Shown: one piece after another, positions 49,620 to 62,441 of the stretch
Position numbering within the stretch: position 1 is the stretch's first letter
Layout of the letters: each line of letters opens with the position of its first letter
Assembly (NCBI GenBank): GCA_002269645.1
Contig: NIVC01000049.1
Span: forward strand, 259,578-323,577
Direction of reading: 5' to 3'
Origin: Macrostomum lignano
Lineage: Eukaryota
DNA length: 64,000 nucleotides
Notes under the pieces: model-generated
Databases searched by the model: none
The model's input: the letters and a program-made list of their open reading frames with translations, nothing else
Told to the model about the DNA's origin: nothing
Made by a program: the position numbers and the translations under genes

Positions 49620-50890
49620 TCACTGCACCTCTCACTCTCCCTCTTCCCTCTCTCCTCTCCCTCTCCCTTCCCGCTTTCCCTCTCCCTTCTCCCTCTCCCT
49701 TCTCCCTCTCCTTTCTCCCTCTCCCCTCTCCCTCTCCCTTCTCCCCTCTCCCTTCTCCCCTCCCCTCTCCCTCTCCCTTCTCCCCTCTCCCTTCTCCCCT
49801 CTCCCCTCTCCCTCTCCCCTCTCCCCTCTCCCCTCTCCCTCTCCCTTCTCCCCTCTCCCTTCTCCCCTCTCCCCTCTCCCTCTCCCCTCTCCCTTCTTCC
49901 CTCTCCCCTCTCCCTCTCCCCTCTCCCTCTCCCCTCTCCCCTCTCCCCTCTCCCTCTCCCTCTCCCTCTCACCTCTCCCCTCTCCCTCTCCACTCTCTCT
50001 CCCCTCTCCCACTCACTATACCCTCTCCTCACTCTGAATCTGAACTCACGCAACGTATCCCTCTGTTTCTGTCTCACTCTCAATGCCATATCTCCCCCTT
50101 TTACTCTCTCTCACTCTACTGTTTTATTATACTTTGAGCACAGTTGTTGATGTACCGGCTTATTTTTATTATGCTTCCTTTTTTAAACTTGCTTTTTAGG
50201 TTTTTTTATAGAGAAAACAGCAAATAAGGCCGTACTACGTTCGAGGTACAGGGGGCTTGTGGAGCTTTTTTGATTGATAATCTCAGTTTCTCTTCGCTTC
50301 CGTTTAACATCGGTAATAAAGTCAGCTATGATTGATGACTGCTGTGAGACACCAAATGTTGCTCCGAGCTACAGACTGGCAACTGCTTCTGTCAACTAAT
50401 TTTTCAGCAATTTTAAGAAAGACAGCTGTACGTACTTGGCTTATATTCATAATCAACATAGCTATCTATCTGGGGCTGACAGTGAGAGGGCATAGATAAG
50501 GAGAGGGGTAGACGGGGAGAGGCGGTAGACAGAGAAGGTAGACAGGGAGAGGGGGTAGACAGGGAGAGAGGGTAGACAGGGAGAGAGGGTAGACAGGGAG
50601 AGGGGGTAGACAGGGAGAGGGCATAGATAAGGAGAGGGGTAGACGGGGAGAGGCGGTAGACAGAGAGAGGGTAGACAGGGAGAGAGGGTAGACAGGGAGA
50701 GGGGGTAGACAGGGAGAGGGCATAGATAAGGAGGAGGGTAGACAGGGAGAGGGGATAGACAGAGAAGGTAGACAGGGAGAGGGGATAGGCATGGAGAGGG
50801 CATAGGTAGTGAGAGGGCATAAACAGAGAGAGGGCACAGACAGGGAGATGGCGTAGGCAGGGAGATGGCGTAGGCAGGGAGAGGGCAAAG
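49620..50890. repeat. CT-rich tract (49620-50030) and GGGAGAGGGGGTAGACA-type repeat (50470-50890)
   Basis: Direct inspection. Confidence 0.9.
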
Positions 50891-51289
50891 ACTAGGAAAA
50901 AAGATGAATGAGTTTGATTGAGAGGAAGGTAGATGTTGATGATAAAAAGCAAGGCAGGAGGAACAGTCTTTGGTATAGGGGCGCAAGTGACAAAATCGCA
51001 TTCCGTAGGTGCGGGCGGATTAAGGAAGACGACATGCAGAGGATTTGCCTCTCGGTGTAAAATTACTCGAGACAGAGGAGGCTGGCTTCCCGGGAAGAAT
51101 TAAAATTCCAGGCTTTGGAGGAAGGAAGAGCCTGCGGCGATGTAGGAGTGGGGCAGTCAGCAATCCGGGATTTCCTCACTCCTATGATGAGATTCGGCAG
51201 CAGTTTCACATTTCCATTTAAATTGCGCAGGCTGCCCGAAATGGGAAGCTGATGACTCAGAGCTGAGCAGGCATGAGGCGTGTTGATCG

Positions 51290-51409
51290 AGACTGCCTGT
51301 CTGTCTGCCTGTCTGCTTGTCTGTCTGTCTGGCTGGCTGCTTGTCTGTCTGCCTGCCTGTCTGTCTGTCTGTCTGTCTGGCTGGCTGCTTGTCTGTCTGC
51401 CTGCCTGCC

Positions 51410-51474
<65 letters not shown>

Positions 51475-51490
51475 TTCTGGTCGGCCTAAC

Positions 51491-51535
<45 letters not shown>

Positions 51536-52688
51536 GGCTGGCTGCTTGTCTGTCTGCCTGCCTGTCTGCAGTGGTCGTGGCGGTGGCGCGAATTCGCGCC
51601 GACGCGAAAATGGCGCGAATTTTTCGAGGCTGGCGCGAGAAATTCTGATGGCTAATGGCGCGAAAATTTAGGGAAAAAATCCCCCTTTTTCGCCATTGTT
51701 TTTTTTGTTTAGAACATTTAAACTCCAGGCACCAATTGGAATAGTTATGCTTCGTGGTGTTCTGTACCTCCATAACTATTTTTACCTTCATAGTCGCATG
51801 TGAATGTCGGCAGCCTGGAGGTGGAGGCGCGTCTTCACCAGGAGGATGTGTCTACCTCTGCCCCGTCCGGCGACGTCGTCGGCTTCTGGGAGTCCGTTTT
51901 GAACGCTGGAAATCGTCCTCTGCTGATGAGACTAGTACGAGCACTCCTTGTTTTGCCCCATGGGAACGCTGAAGTTGAGCGGGTGTTCAGCCAACTGAGA
52001 GACACCATCACGAAGAAGCGGCAGAGCTTAGCGCCGTTCACGGTCAAAGCTCTTACTGTCACCCGATCGTGCCTGGATGTTCAGCAGTGGACTGCTGCGA
52101 CGTTGCCCGTCACTCCGGCGCTTCAGAACATGTGTGCCAGCGCACATGCGGCATACCGTCAGCGGCTAAGGGACGAGTTGGCTGCCGAGGAACGGGAGCG
52201 GTCCCAGAAGCTGTCGGGGATGGTGTTTTCCGAAGTCGCAGCCGAGAAGAAGGCAAGCAAGGAGCTGAGCACCCTGCAGAGCGAGGCAGACGTCAAGGAG
52301 AAGGAGATTGAACAAAAAATCAAGGAGAAGGCTGCAGCGCTCCAACTGCTTGACGAGGTTAGGCGGAAGACTGAAGAGAGGGACAGAGAGCTCGAAGTCC
52401 TTCGCAAGGAGCAGGAGCGCATTCGCAAGCGAAGGGAGCAAGAGGCGGAGCGAATCACTGAGGCGGTGATCAAGCGAAAGGCTGCGGAGATGGCCATTGT
52501 CAACCGACTTCTGTACTGCAGTTAGCATAAATTCTTATAATCAAAGTTGGGTATTCTTAGCTGGCATATACATGTAGATACCTATGGCGCGAAAAAATTT
52601 GGGTGGCGCGAAAATTTAGAAGGAGACCCGCCACGACCACTGCCTGTCTGTCTGTCTGTCTGGCTGGCTGCTTGTCTGTCTGCCTGCC

Positions 52689-52735
<47 letters not shown>

Positions 52736-52736
52736 G

Positions 52737-52769
<33 letters not shown>

Positions 52770-52793
52770 TTCTGGTCGGCCTAACTGTCTGAC

Positions 52794-52860
<67 letters not shown>

Positions 52861-52861
52861 G

Positions 52862-52924
<63 letters not shown>

Positions 52925-52925
52925 G

Positions 52926-52980
<55 letters not shown>

Positions 52981-52981
52981 G

Positions 52982-53034
<53 letters not shown>

Positions 53035-53050
53035 CGGTCTATCTGTCTGT
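51290..53050. repeat. (TCTG)n compound microsatellite interrupted by a hAT element
   Basis: The same compound motifs occur on both sides of the insertion. Confidence 0.95.
51569..52642 (+). mobile_element. 1074-bp internally deleted hAT transposon
   Basis: Perfect 15-bp TIR CAGTGGTCGTGGCGG; 8-bp TSD CCTGTCTG (51561-68 / 52643-50). ORF 51800-52525 contains LVLPHGNAEVERVFS (hAT C-terminal region). Confidence 0.93.
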
Positions 53051-53479
53051 CTATGTATCTATCACTTACCCCATTCCTCAACAGGGTGCAACAGTCATCG
53101 GTAAACATAAAGCAGATTTCGACTTCAAGCACCAGGCCCCCTCCAGGCAAGCGATACCCGCCCCTGTCAAATCCCAGCTGCCGAAGCTGCTCCCCCTCAC
53201 ATCCAGGCCAACGGCTTTATACCTGCCTATGTGGATTGCTAGCTTTGTTGCGTGAGAAGAACAAGCCAACCATTGCAGCCGCTCACGGGGCAGTTAACGC
53301 CCATTACTTGTTCGATGGGACTTCCTCTGCATCGGCTTCTCAGCCGCCCAGCCCCAAATCTTCCCTCCCATGTCGTTCAGGCAAAATGCCACGCCCATAG
53401 CGATTGCGACTGAATCGTGAGGGAGCGCTGATATTTGATTAAAGCCTAAAGCCTAGAGCATCGGCCTTGGTACTTTTAT

Positions 53480-54550
53480 GACGCTTAAATTGGCTCTTGT
53501 TTGGCGCTTAAATTGGCTCTTGTTTGGCGCTTAAATCGGCTCTTGTTTGGCGCTTAAATTGGCTCTTGTTTGGCGCTTAAATTGGCTCTTGTTTGGCGCT
53601 TAAATCGGCTCTTGTTTGGCGCTTAAATTGGCTCTTGTTTGGCGCTTAAATTGGCTCTTGTTTGGCGCTTAAATTGGCTCTTGTTTGGCGCTTAAATTGG
53701 CTCTTGTTTGGCGCTTAAATTGGCTCTTGTTTGGCGCTTAAATTGGCTCTTGTTTGGCGCTTAAATTGGCTCTTGTTTGGCGCTTAAATCGGCTCTTGTT
53801 TGGCGCTTAAATTGGCTCTTGTTTGGCGCTTAAATTGGCTCTTGTTTGGCGCTTAAATCGGCTCTTGTTTGGCGCTTAAATTGGCTCTTGTTTGGCGCTT
53901 AAATTGGCTCTTTCTGGTACTTAAATTGTGTCTCTTTTGTGCCTAAAATTTGGTCTTTCTTGCGCTTAAATTGGCTGTTGTTTCGCGCTTAATTGGCTCT
54001 TGTTTGGCGCTTAAATTGGCTCTTTTTTGGCGCCTTAATTGGCTCTTGTTTGGCGCTTAAATTGGCTCTTGTTTGGCGCTTAAATTGGCTCTTTCTGGTA
54101 CTTAAATTGTGTCTCTTTTGTGCCTAAAATTTGGTCTTTCTTGCGCTTAAATTGGCTGTTGTTTTGCGCTTAAATTGGCTGTTGTTTTGCGCTTAAATCG
54201 GCGCTTAAATTGGCTCTTGTTTGGCGCTTAAATTGGCTCTTGTTTGGCGCTTAAATTGGCTCTTTCTGGTACTTAAATTGTGTCTCTCTTGTGCCTAAAA
54301 TTTGGTCTTTCTTGCGCTTAAATTGGCTGTTGTTTCGCGCTTAAATTGGGTCATTCTTACACTTAAAATTGGGTTTCACTAGCGCTTAAAACTGGGTCTT
54401 TCTTGCGCTTACATTGGGTATGTCCCTCTTGCGCTTACATTGGATATTTCTTACGCTTAAAATTGGGTCTTTCTTGCGCTTAAAATTAGGTCTTTCTTGC
54501 GCTTAAAATTGGGTCTTTCTTGCGCTTAAAATTGAGTCTCTCTTGCGCTT
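53480..54550. repeat. 23-bp satellite (GGCGCTTAAATTGGCTCTTGTTT)n, degenerating rightwards
   Basis: About 45 units; period measured at 53641/53664. Confidence 0.96.
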
Positions 54551-54558
54551 AAAGTTCG

Positions 54559-54865
54559 CAGGGCAGCTCAGCGGTAAAAGCGTCAGACTCTCGCGCATCT
54601 TCACGACCCGTGGTTCGATTCCCTGCGCGCCACATTCGATCATTTGGGCTGCGGGGGCTGTCGTGTGATTCACAGCCATGAGGGCCAACCCCCAAGGCAC
54701 AGACAGTGTACATGCCTGAATGATTAGAAAGTCAGGGCCGATGTACGATGTGCGAGCGTGTGTACGAGTGCTTCCTCAGGAATCGGCGGAATGGATAGAA
54801 TTGCCTTAACGCTGTGGTTGTGGGACAATGTCGCTTAAGGCGTTGCACCAGGGTGCCCGCAGCCT
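54559..54865 (+). mobile_element. Probable tRNA-derived SINE of a second family
   Basis: A-box-like CAGCTCAGCGG and B box GGTTCGATTCCC; no clean cloverleaf; 3' end uncertain. Confidence 0.5.
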
Positions 54866-54877
54866 TTTCTGAAATTC

Positions 54878-56173
54878 TAATCAGGGACTACTTAAACTGG
54901 GGACGGGGAAACTGGCCAAATCATGCAGAAAATAGTTGGAGGCTGGTTTTTTCTAATGCTCCCTAGAATTTATTATTGAACGTAGAAGGCTGGTTTTTTC
55001 GCCATCCTGTACAGAATTTATCCCTCTACAATATGCACAACTTAGTTTTTGTCGAACTTTACTTTGAGAGGAGCAGTGAGCTTTTTTGTACACGACCCCC
55101 CTTTTTCCTAGGGAATTTAACACAGCAAACGCCTTATTGAAATGTCTATGGGTTTCTGCACAAGCATCATCGCTATTTAGTTAGGCTTCTGACGCTTCTG
55201 CTGCGTCGTCAAAAATTATGAAATTAGCCTTGAATAACTTAATAAATAACAAAATTTTCCTTGTCATTACTCTGAAACCGGGCCACGCGAATTCGGGAAA
55301 GGGGTAAAAATGGAAAAAGAGCAGTCGGCATGAGACAGCAGTTGCTGGAAAATCGTGACCAAGAAAGAAGTATTCGGCAATGGAGACTGCAGTGCTCCCG
55401 GCGCCTGCTTCTTGCGGTCAATTTTCCCTGACTGTGAGCTTGCTCGTAGTTGCCGGTTCATGCGAAGTCTCTCGATTTCACGCATCGTGCAGGACTCTCG
55501 CCGTCTGGCTGAACCGCTTCACCTCTTCGACCGACTTTGGACTAGGGATGCTGCGAATGACCTCAAACTTGCTGGGGTCCGGTGCAATACCCTGCTCGCT
55601 GAGCAGGTGTCCCAGGTACAGCACCCGGCGATGGCCGAACACGCTCTTCGCATTGTGCAGTTTGAGACCCGCATCTCGCCGCCGTTAAAAAACGCGCTCA
55701 AGTCTCACCAGATGCTCGTCAAAGGTCCTGCTGAAGACGATGATGTCGTCGATGGACAGACCGGACATCAGCAGCTCCATCAGTCGCTGGAACGTCGCTG
55801 GGCCATTGCAAATTCCAAAGCCCGTCTTGCGGAACTGCGTCAGGAACTGCGTCAATTGATACACAAGTGTTACAGTGATACAGTGATGCGTTTTATACCA
55901 TAGACAAAAAGCCGTCTGACTGCAGATTTTTATAAGGCATTCTCTATATAAAACACTGTGAAAAAAGGGGGTACTGTACAAAAAAGCTCACTGCTACTCT
56001 CGAAATGAATCTTGACAAAAACTAAGTTGTGCATCATTTAAAGGGATAAATTCTGTACGGGATGGTGAAAAAACCAGCCTTCTACGTTCAATAACAAATT
56101 ATAGGGAGCCTCCAACTAATTTTCTGCATGATTTGGCCAGTTTCCCATCCCTAGTTTAAGTAGTCCCTGATTA
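54878..56173. mobile_element. 1.3-kb non-autonomous TIR element containing a Gypsy RT fragment
   Basis: ~190-bp TIRs beginning TAATCAGGGACTACTTAAACT / AGTTTAAGTAGTCCCTGATTA. Confidence 0.85.
55510..55825 (-). pseudogene. Gypsy/Ty3 reverse-transcriptase fragment
   Basis: FGICNGPATFQRLM...IDDIIVFSRTFDEHLVRLERVF*...AGLKL...VLYLGHLLSEQGIAPDP. Confidence 0.9.
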
Positions 56174-56589
56174 TAATACAAGTGTACTTTTGCGGTAATC
56201 GTTTTTGTTGTCTCTATACCGTAGTACGAGTATACAGTAGCTTAAGTGCATGTGTACTTTATAAAGCTAGTCAAACCGAACAAGACAGTCTATAGCTGAG
56301 CTAGAACAAAAGTGCCCACCCAACAATCTGTCCAAGCAATAGAAGCCATTAGCCTCTCTTTGCCGTCTAATTCAACTGATGATGTTTCGCGTTCATTCGC
56401 CCGACAAAGGAGATTTAGCCCAGCTAAGAATGTGAAAGAAGCTGTAGAATTTCTACAGAGGGAGATCAGCAATGCGTGAAAACTGTCAACAAAGCTTATA
56501 ATTTTGTACTGTAATTGTACTACACACATAGACCGTTTTATTCGCCATGGTTTTCTAGTTGCTTTCATGAGGCTTCTGTAGAACAATTT

Positions 56590-56910
56590 AGGGTAGGATT
56601 GGGGTGGGTAGGAGTGGGTGGATAGGAGTGGGTGTGTAGGAGTGGGTGGGTAGGAGTGGGTGGGTAGGAGTGGGTGGGTAGGAGTGGGTGGGTAGGAGTG
56701 GGTGGATAGGATTGGGGTGGGTAGGAGTGGGGTGTGTAGGAGTGGGTGGGTAGGAGTGGATGGGTAGGATTGGGGTGGGTAGGATTGGGGTGGGTAGGAG
56801 TGGGTGGGTAGGAGTGGGTGGATAGGAGTGGGTGGGTAGGAGTGGGTGGGTAGGATTGGGGTGGGTAGGATTGGGGTGGGTAGGAGTGGGTGGGTAGGAG
56901 TGGGTGTAGG
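56590..56910. repeat. 14-bp G-rich repeat (AGTGGGTGGGTAGG)n
   Basis: About 22 visible units. Confidence 0.95.
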
Positions 56911-57474
56911 TAGGTGTAGAACACTGAGAATAAAGTGACTGAGACAAAAAACAATAATTAAATATATTCAGCACAGTGAAGCAGATTTTTTGTGCAATCT
57001 GCATGTATTACTTAGTGTTAGTAGTATTATTAGTAGTAGTTTTCACGGTAGAGTTTACTTTACCATTAATTGTTTATTAATTTAATAGAAGTTCAATTAT
57101 GTGTGTAAGGTGTGCGCCATCACATCATTTTACAAAAAAATCACAATTCAATAAACTTCGTCAGAAACAAACAACAGAAAAGCAGGAAAAAATTATAGCC
57201 GAAAAAAATTCAGTTGCGCAGAACACTACTATAATCTACTGTCAGTAAGTAGAAAGTACGGTAAACAAAAATATAATTTCTCTAAAATACAAAGAAAATA
57301 AAAGAACTACAGTGGAAATCTACGATACGATTCTGCGCGGGTAAGTTTTGGAAAGTGCGAAATTCTAGACCTGCGGCTAGAGAATTGAAATTTAAACAAA
57401 AGCAAATCAGGTATCACCATCAGCCGCTATAGACATGATTTATTTGAATTTTTCACTTGTAAATATGAGCTTTC

Positions 57475-58400
57475 TAATCAGGGCGATTCTCTCAGAGCTG
57501 AGGGCGATTCTCTTTGAGCTGAGGGCGATTCACTCTAAGCTGATGGAGATTCTCTCTGAGCTGATGGAGATTCTATCTGAGCTGATGGAGATTCTATCTG
57601 AGCTGATGGAGATTCTATCTGAGCTGAGGGTGATTCTATCTGAGCTGAGGGCGATTCTCTTTGAGCTGAGGGCGATTCACTCTAAGCTGATGGAGATTCT
57701 CTCTGAGCTGATGGAGATTCTATCTGAGCTGATGGAGATTCTATCTGAGCTGATGGAGATTCTATCTGAGCTGAGGGTGATTCTATCTGAGCTGAGGGTG
57801 ATTCTCTCTGAGCTGATGGAGATTCTCTCTGAGCTGATGGAGATTCTCTCTAAGCTAATGGAGATTCTCTCTGAGCTGATGGAGATTCTCTCTGAGCTGA
57901 TGGAGATTCTATCTGAGCTGAGGGTGATTCTATCTGAGCTGAGGGTGATTCTATCTGAGCTGAGGGTGATTCTATCTGAGCTGAGGGTGATTCTATCTGA
58001 GCTGAGGGTGATTCTCTCAGAGCTGAGGGCGATTCTATCTGACCTGATGGAGATTCTATCTGAGCTGATGGAGATTCTCTTTGAGCTGATGGAGATTCTA
58101 TCTGAGCTGATGGAGATTCTATCTGAGCTGAGGGTGATTCTATCTGAGCTGAGGGTGATTCTATCTGAGCTGATGGAGATTCTATCTGAGCTGAGGGTGA
58201 TTCTATCTGAGCTGATGGAGATTCTATCTGAGCTGATGGAGATTCTCTCTGAGCTGATGGAGATTCTATCTGAGCTGAGGGTGATTCTATCTGAGCTGAG
58301 GGTGATTCTCTCTGAGCTGATGGAGATTCTATCTGAGCTGAGGGTGATTCTCTCAGAGCTGAGGGTGATTCTCTCAGAGCTGAGGGCGATTCTCTGAGCT
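57475..58400. repeat. 21-bp minisatellite with two variants (GATTCTATCTGAGCTGATGGA / ...GAGGGT)
   Basis: About 44 units; open in one frame on each strand. Confidence 0.95.
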
Positions 58401-58995
58401 GATGGGGATTCCCTCTTCAATGAGATTTTTTCGATAAGAATTGGAAACTTTCTAAATTTAAACGCACCCAGAAGCCAGTGTTGAAGTGACTGACCACCAG
58501 AAGCAGAAAAAGGCAATCGAACAACAGATATTCTAATATGCTAAAATAGGCTGCTCTGAAACTACTAAATAATTAATAATAAGATTAATCTAAAATGGAA
58601 CAAGAAAGCTACGCTTAACTACATGGTATGGAATAAATTCGAATGATAAATTCTATCACTGGATGGGTAACATTTGAAGGTGAAATTTTAAATTCAAATC
58701 GAATTTACGACAGGCAACTCGAACAACGCTGTTAAAAAAAGAAAATTATATATTTATTTCTGAAATTCTCTTCAGTTTTTTTGCAAAACAACATCCTAAT
58801 ATTGCTACTTGTGAGTAGGCAGCATCGGTTAGTAGGCGCTATCGTGCACTCACGCCACGCGAATAAAAACTCGCGCAGAGAGCAAACGGAAGAATCGATC
58901 TCGGGTATTTGCGAGTTTTTGTAAACAAAGGCAAAATATATTGTCTCAGTTCCTTTATGCACTTCGGACATGAGGTTCCGGCTTGAGCTCAGGAC

Positions 58996-59076
58996 TCAGC
59001 CGCAGATGGCCACGTAGTTCCGCTTGCCGATCCAATGCGAGCCGGACTCAAGGTCTCCAGAGTCGCTGTCGGATAC
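58996..59076 (-). CDS. Possible terminal coding exon of an unidentified minus-strand gene
   Basis: tccgcag|VSDSDSGDLESGSHWIGKRNYVAICG*; AATAAA downstream at ~58755 on the minus strand. Confidence 0.35.
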   Translation of the reverse strand, partial: VSDSDSGDLESGSHWIGKRNYVAICG

Positions 59077-59182
59077 CTGCGGACACGAAGTTGGTTTGTT
59101 TTCTGCATTTGGTGCCAGTTTAAACTTTAAAAAAGTGGCCTTTTATTGGAAATATAGCTGCATTCGAGCTACTTTTTTTACC

Positions 59183-59512
59183 TTCAGGGCCAGGTAAATC
59201 ATCCACCTCATGCAGCTAAGAGAGGATAGGAAAGGCGAGAGAGAAGATGAGAGAAAAGATGAGATGAGAGATGAAAAAAGAAGGGAGAAAGAAGAAGGTG
59301 TGAGGAGACAGAAAAGAGGGGAGAGAAGAGGGGAGAGAGGAGAGGGGAGAAGAGAGGGCAGAGAAAAGAGGGGAGAAAAGAGGGGAGAAGAGAGGGGAGA
59401 GAAGAGATGGAAGAGAAGAGAGGGAGAGAAAAGAGGGGATAAAAGAGGGGAGAGAAGAGAGGGGAGAAAAGAGGGAGAGAAGAGAGGGGAGAGAAGAGGG
59501 GAGAAGAGAGGG

Positions 59513-59570
<58 letters not shown>

Positions 59571-59614
59571 AAAGAGGGGAGAGAAGACAGGGGAGAGAAG
59601 AGAGGGCAGAGAAT

Positions 59615-59648
<34 letters not shown>

Positions 59649-59682
59649 CAGAGAATAGAGGGGAGAGAAGAGAGGGGAGAAA

Positions 59683-59723
<41 letters not shown>

Positions 59724-59724
59724 T

Positions 59725-59758
<34 letters not shown>

Positions 59759-59778
59759 CAGAGAAGAGAGGGGAGAAA

Positions 59779-59856
<78 letters not shown>

Positions 59857-59883
59857 AGAGAGGGGAGAGAAGAGAGGGAGAAA

Positions 59884-59916
<33 letters not shown>

Positions 59917-59925
59917 GCAGAGAAT

Positions 59926-59987
<62 letters not shown>

Positions 59988-60042
59988 CAGAGAAGAGAGT
60001 GGAGAGAAGAGAAGAGAGGGGAGAGAAGAGAGGGCAGAGAAT

Positions 60043-60076
<34 letters not shown>

Positions 60077-60084
60077 CAGAGAAT

Positions 60085-60118
<34 letters not shown>

Positions 60119-60119
60119 C

Positions 60120-60188
<69 letters not shown>

Positions 60189-60189
60189 C

Positions 60190-60220
<31 letters not shown>

Positions 60221-60288
60221 AAGAGGGGGAGAGAAGAGAGGGAGAAGAGAGGGGAGAGAAGAGAGGGAGAGAAGAGAGGGCAGAGAAT

Positions 60289-60322
<34 letters not shown>

Positions 60323-60323
60323 C

Positions 60324-60396
<73 letters not shown>

Positions 60397-60450
60397 AAAG
60401 AGGGGAGAAGAGAGGGGAGAGAAGAGAAGGGAGAGAAGAGAGGGGAGAAA

Positions 60451-60483
<33 letters not shown>

Positions 60484-60576
60484 GCAGAGAATAGAGGGGA
60501 GAGAAGAGAGGGCAGAGAAGAGAGGGGAGAAAGAGGGGAGAGAAGAGAGGGAGAGAAGAGAGGGGAGAAAAGAGGG

Positions 60577-60607
<31 letters not shown>

Positions 60608-60745
60608 GAGAGAGGGGAGAGGAGAGAGGAGAGAAAGGAGAGAGGAGAGAAGGGAGAAGAGAAGACAGCTGGGAAGAGACACAAACCTTGAGCGGGCCGG
60701 ATTGCTATTGTGAAGTTTCAAAGGACCCGAGGCCCGGATAGAGTC
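59183..60745 (+). mobile_element. hAT-like GA-core element, third copy (ends degraded)
   Basis: 1.4-kb GAGAG-type array followed by gagacacaaaccttgagcgggccggattgctattgtgaagtttcaaaggacccgaggcccggatagag. Confidence 0.65.
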
Positions 60746-61439
60746 TTCCGGAGTTCACCTACCGCAGAACTATAGCATCGGCAAAAGTTTGTTAATATTA
60801 ACCCTTAATATTTACATTTGGCCCATAGTTGAACAGTGAGATTTATTTTTCCTTTAGATAAGGAGGTGAGATAGTCTTTCATAGTCTTTGTTCAAACAAA
60901 GAGTAATGAATGGTTATTAGCCAAAGTTACCTGAGTTCAACCCAGGCTGCGGGTTGACTGTCGAAAGCTCCAAAGCTTGTTAAGATCAGTGAAGTGCAAT
61001 TTCTTACTCTCCAAAGTCAATAAAATGGGACTAAACAAGGAAGTACGAGTACTTCGTACGTACCAAAGAACTTAGAAGTGAGTTCCTTCATCCCCTTAAA
61101 TCCTAACCCTATACTCGTACGTGTGGACTGAGACCATTGGCAGGTGTAGAGGTAAGTTCATTATCAGGTAACTGGCTTCGTGAGAGCTAACTTGTAAAGT
61201 TTACAGCTGACATGGCTGAGTTTACTTTGAATTAAGCGCTTTAGTTTTATAGGCTTAGCTGAGCTTTTAACGTGTCGTTTTTTTAACACCTTCCTAGGAT
61301 AATTATTGCCAAGGTGAGAGGTTGGGTAAGCAGAGACTGTGGGGAGAAAAAGTGATGAGGGACAGGGAGGGAGAGAGTGAGGGGAGGAAATCACTGAGCT
61401 GTGAAGCTTTAAAAATCCCTTAGCTAAGTGTAACCAAGT

Positions 61440-62070
61440 CAGAGGAGAGAGGGGTTAGACAGAGGGGAGAGGGGTTAGACAGAGGGGAGAGGGGTTAGAC
61501 AGAGGGGAGAGGGGTTAGACAGAGGGGAGAGGGGTTAGACAGAAGAAAGTGAGGTTAGACAGAGGGGAGAGGGGTTAGACAGAAGAAAGTGAGGTTAGAC
61601 AGAGGGGAGAGGGGTTAGACAGAGGGGAGAGGGTTAGACAGAAGAAAGTGAGGTTAGACAGAGGGGAGAGGGGTTAGACAGAAGAAAGTGAGGTTAGACA
61701 GAGGGGAGAGGAGTTAGACAGAGGGGAGAGGGGTTAGACAGAAGAAAGTGAGGTTAGACAGAGGGGAGAGGGGTTAGACAGAGGGGAGAGGGGTTAGACA
61801 GAAGAAAGTGAGGTTAGACAGAGGGGAGAGGGGTTAGACAGAAGAAAGTGAGGTTAGACAGAGGGGAGAGGGGTTAGACAGAAGAAAGTGAGGTTAGACA
61901 GAGGGGAGAGGAGTTAGACAGAGGGGAGAGGGGTTAGACAGAAGAAAGTGAGGTTAGACAGAGGGGAGAGGAGTTAGACAGAGGGGAGAGGGGTTAGACA
62001 GAAGAAAGTGAGGTTAGACAGAGGGGAGAGGAGTTAGACAGAGGGAGAGGGGTTAGACAGAAGAACTAGA
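61440..62070. repeat. 20-bp two-variant minisatellite (GAGGGGAGAGGGGTTAGACA / GAAGAAAGTGAGGTTAGACA)
   Basis: About 31 units. Confidence 0.95.
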
Positions 62071-62400
62071 GGTTAGAAGAAATAGAGCCAGAGGTTACTG
62101 GCTCAATTTAGTTCGAACTGTAAATTCGCCCACGCATCGCATAGTTTAATAAGTCGGTTGTGCCTACTTTATACCTGCATTTAATTGTTCATAAAGCCGG
62201 CCACTAAGCTAACAGAGATTAGCTAGTATCAAGCTACTTTCTAATCGCGCACACAAAAAATGTGCGTTAGGAAATTGCTAAAAATAGATCAGCTATATCG
62301 GTAGTTAACTCTCGCTCCCCAAAGGCGGTGAAAGATGCCATTCTGCATACGCGTTCGCACACGGCAAAGAAGCGGAGAAGGAAGAGGAGGGACGGAAATG

Positions 62401-62441
<41 letters not shown>

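Noticed and set aside
61440-62070. Interstitial telomeric repeat
   Set aside because: Only an isolated GGGTTAG within a 20-bp unit; no tandem TTAGGG.
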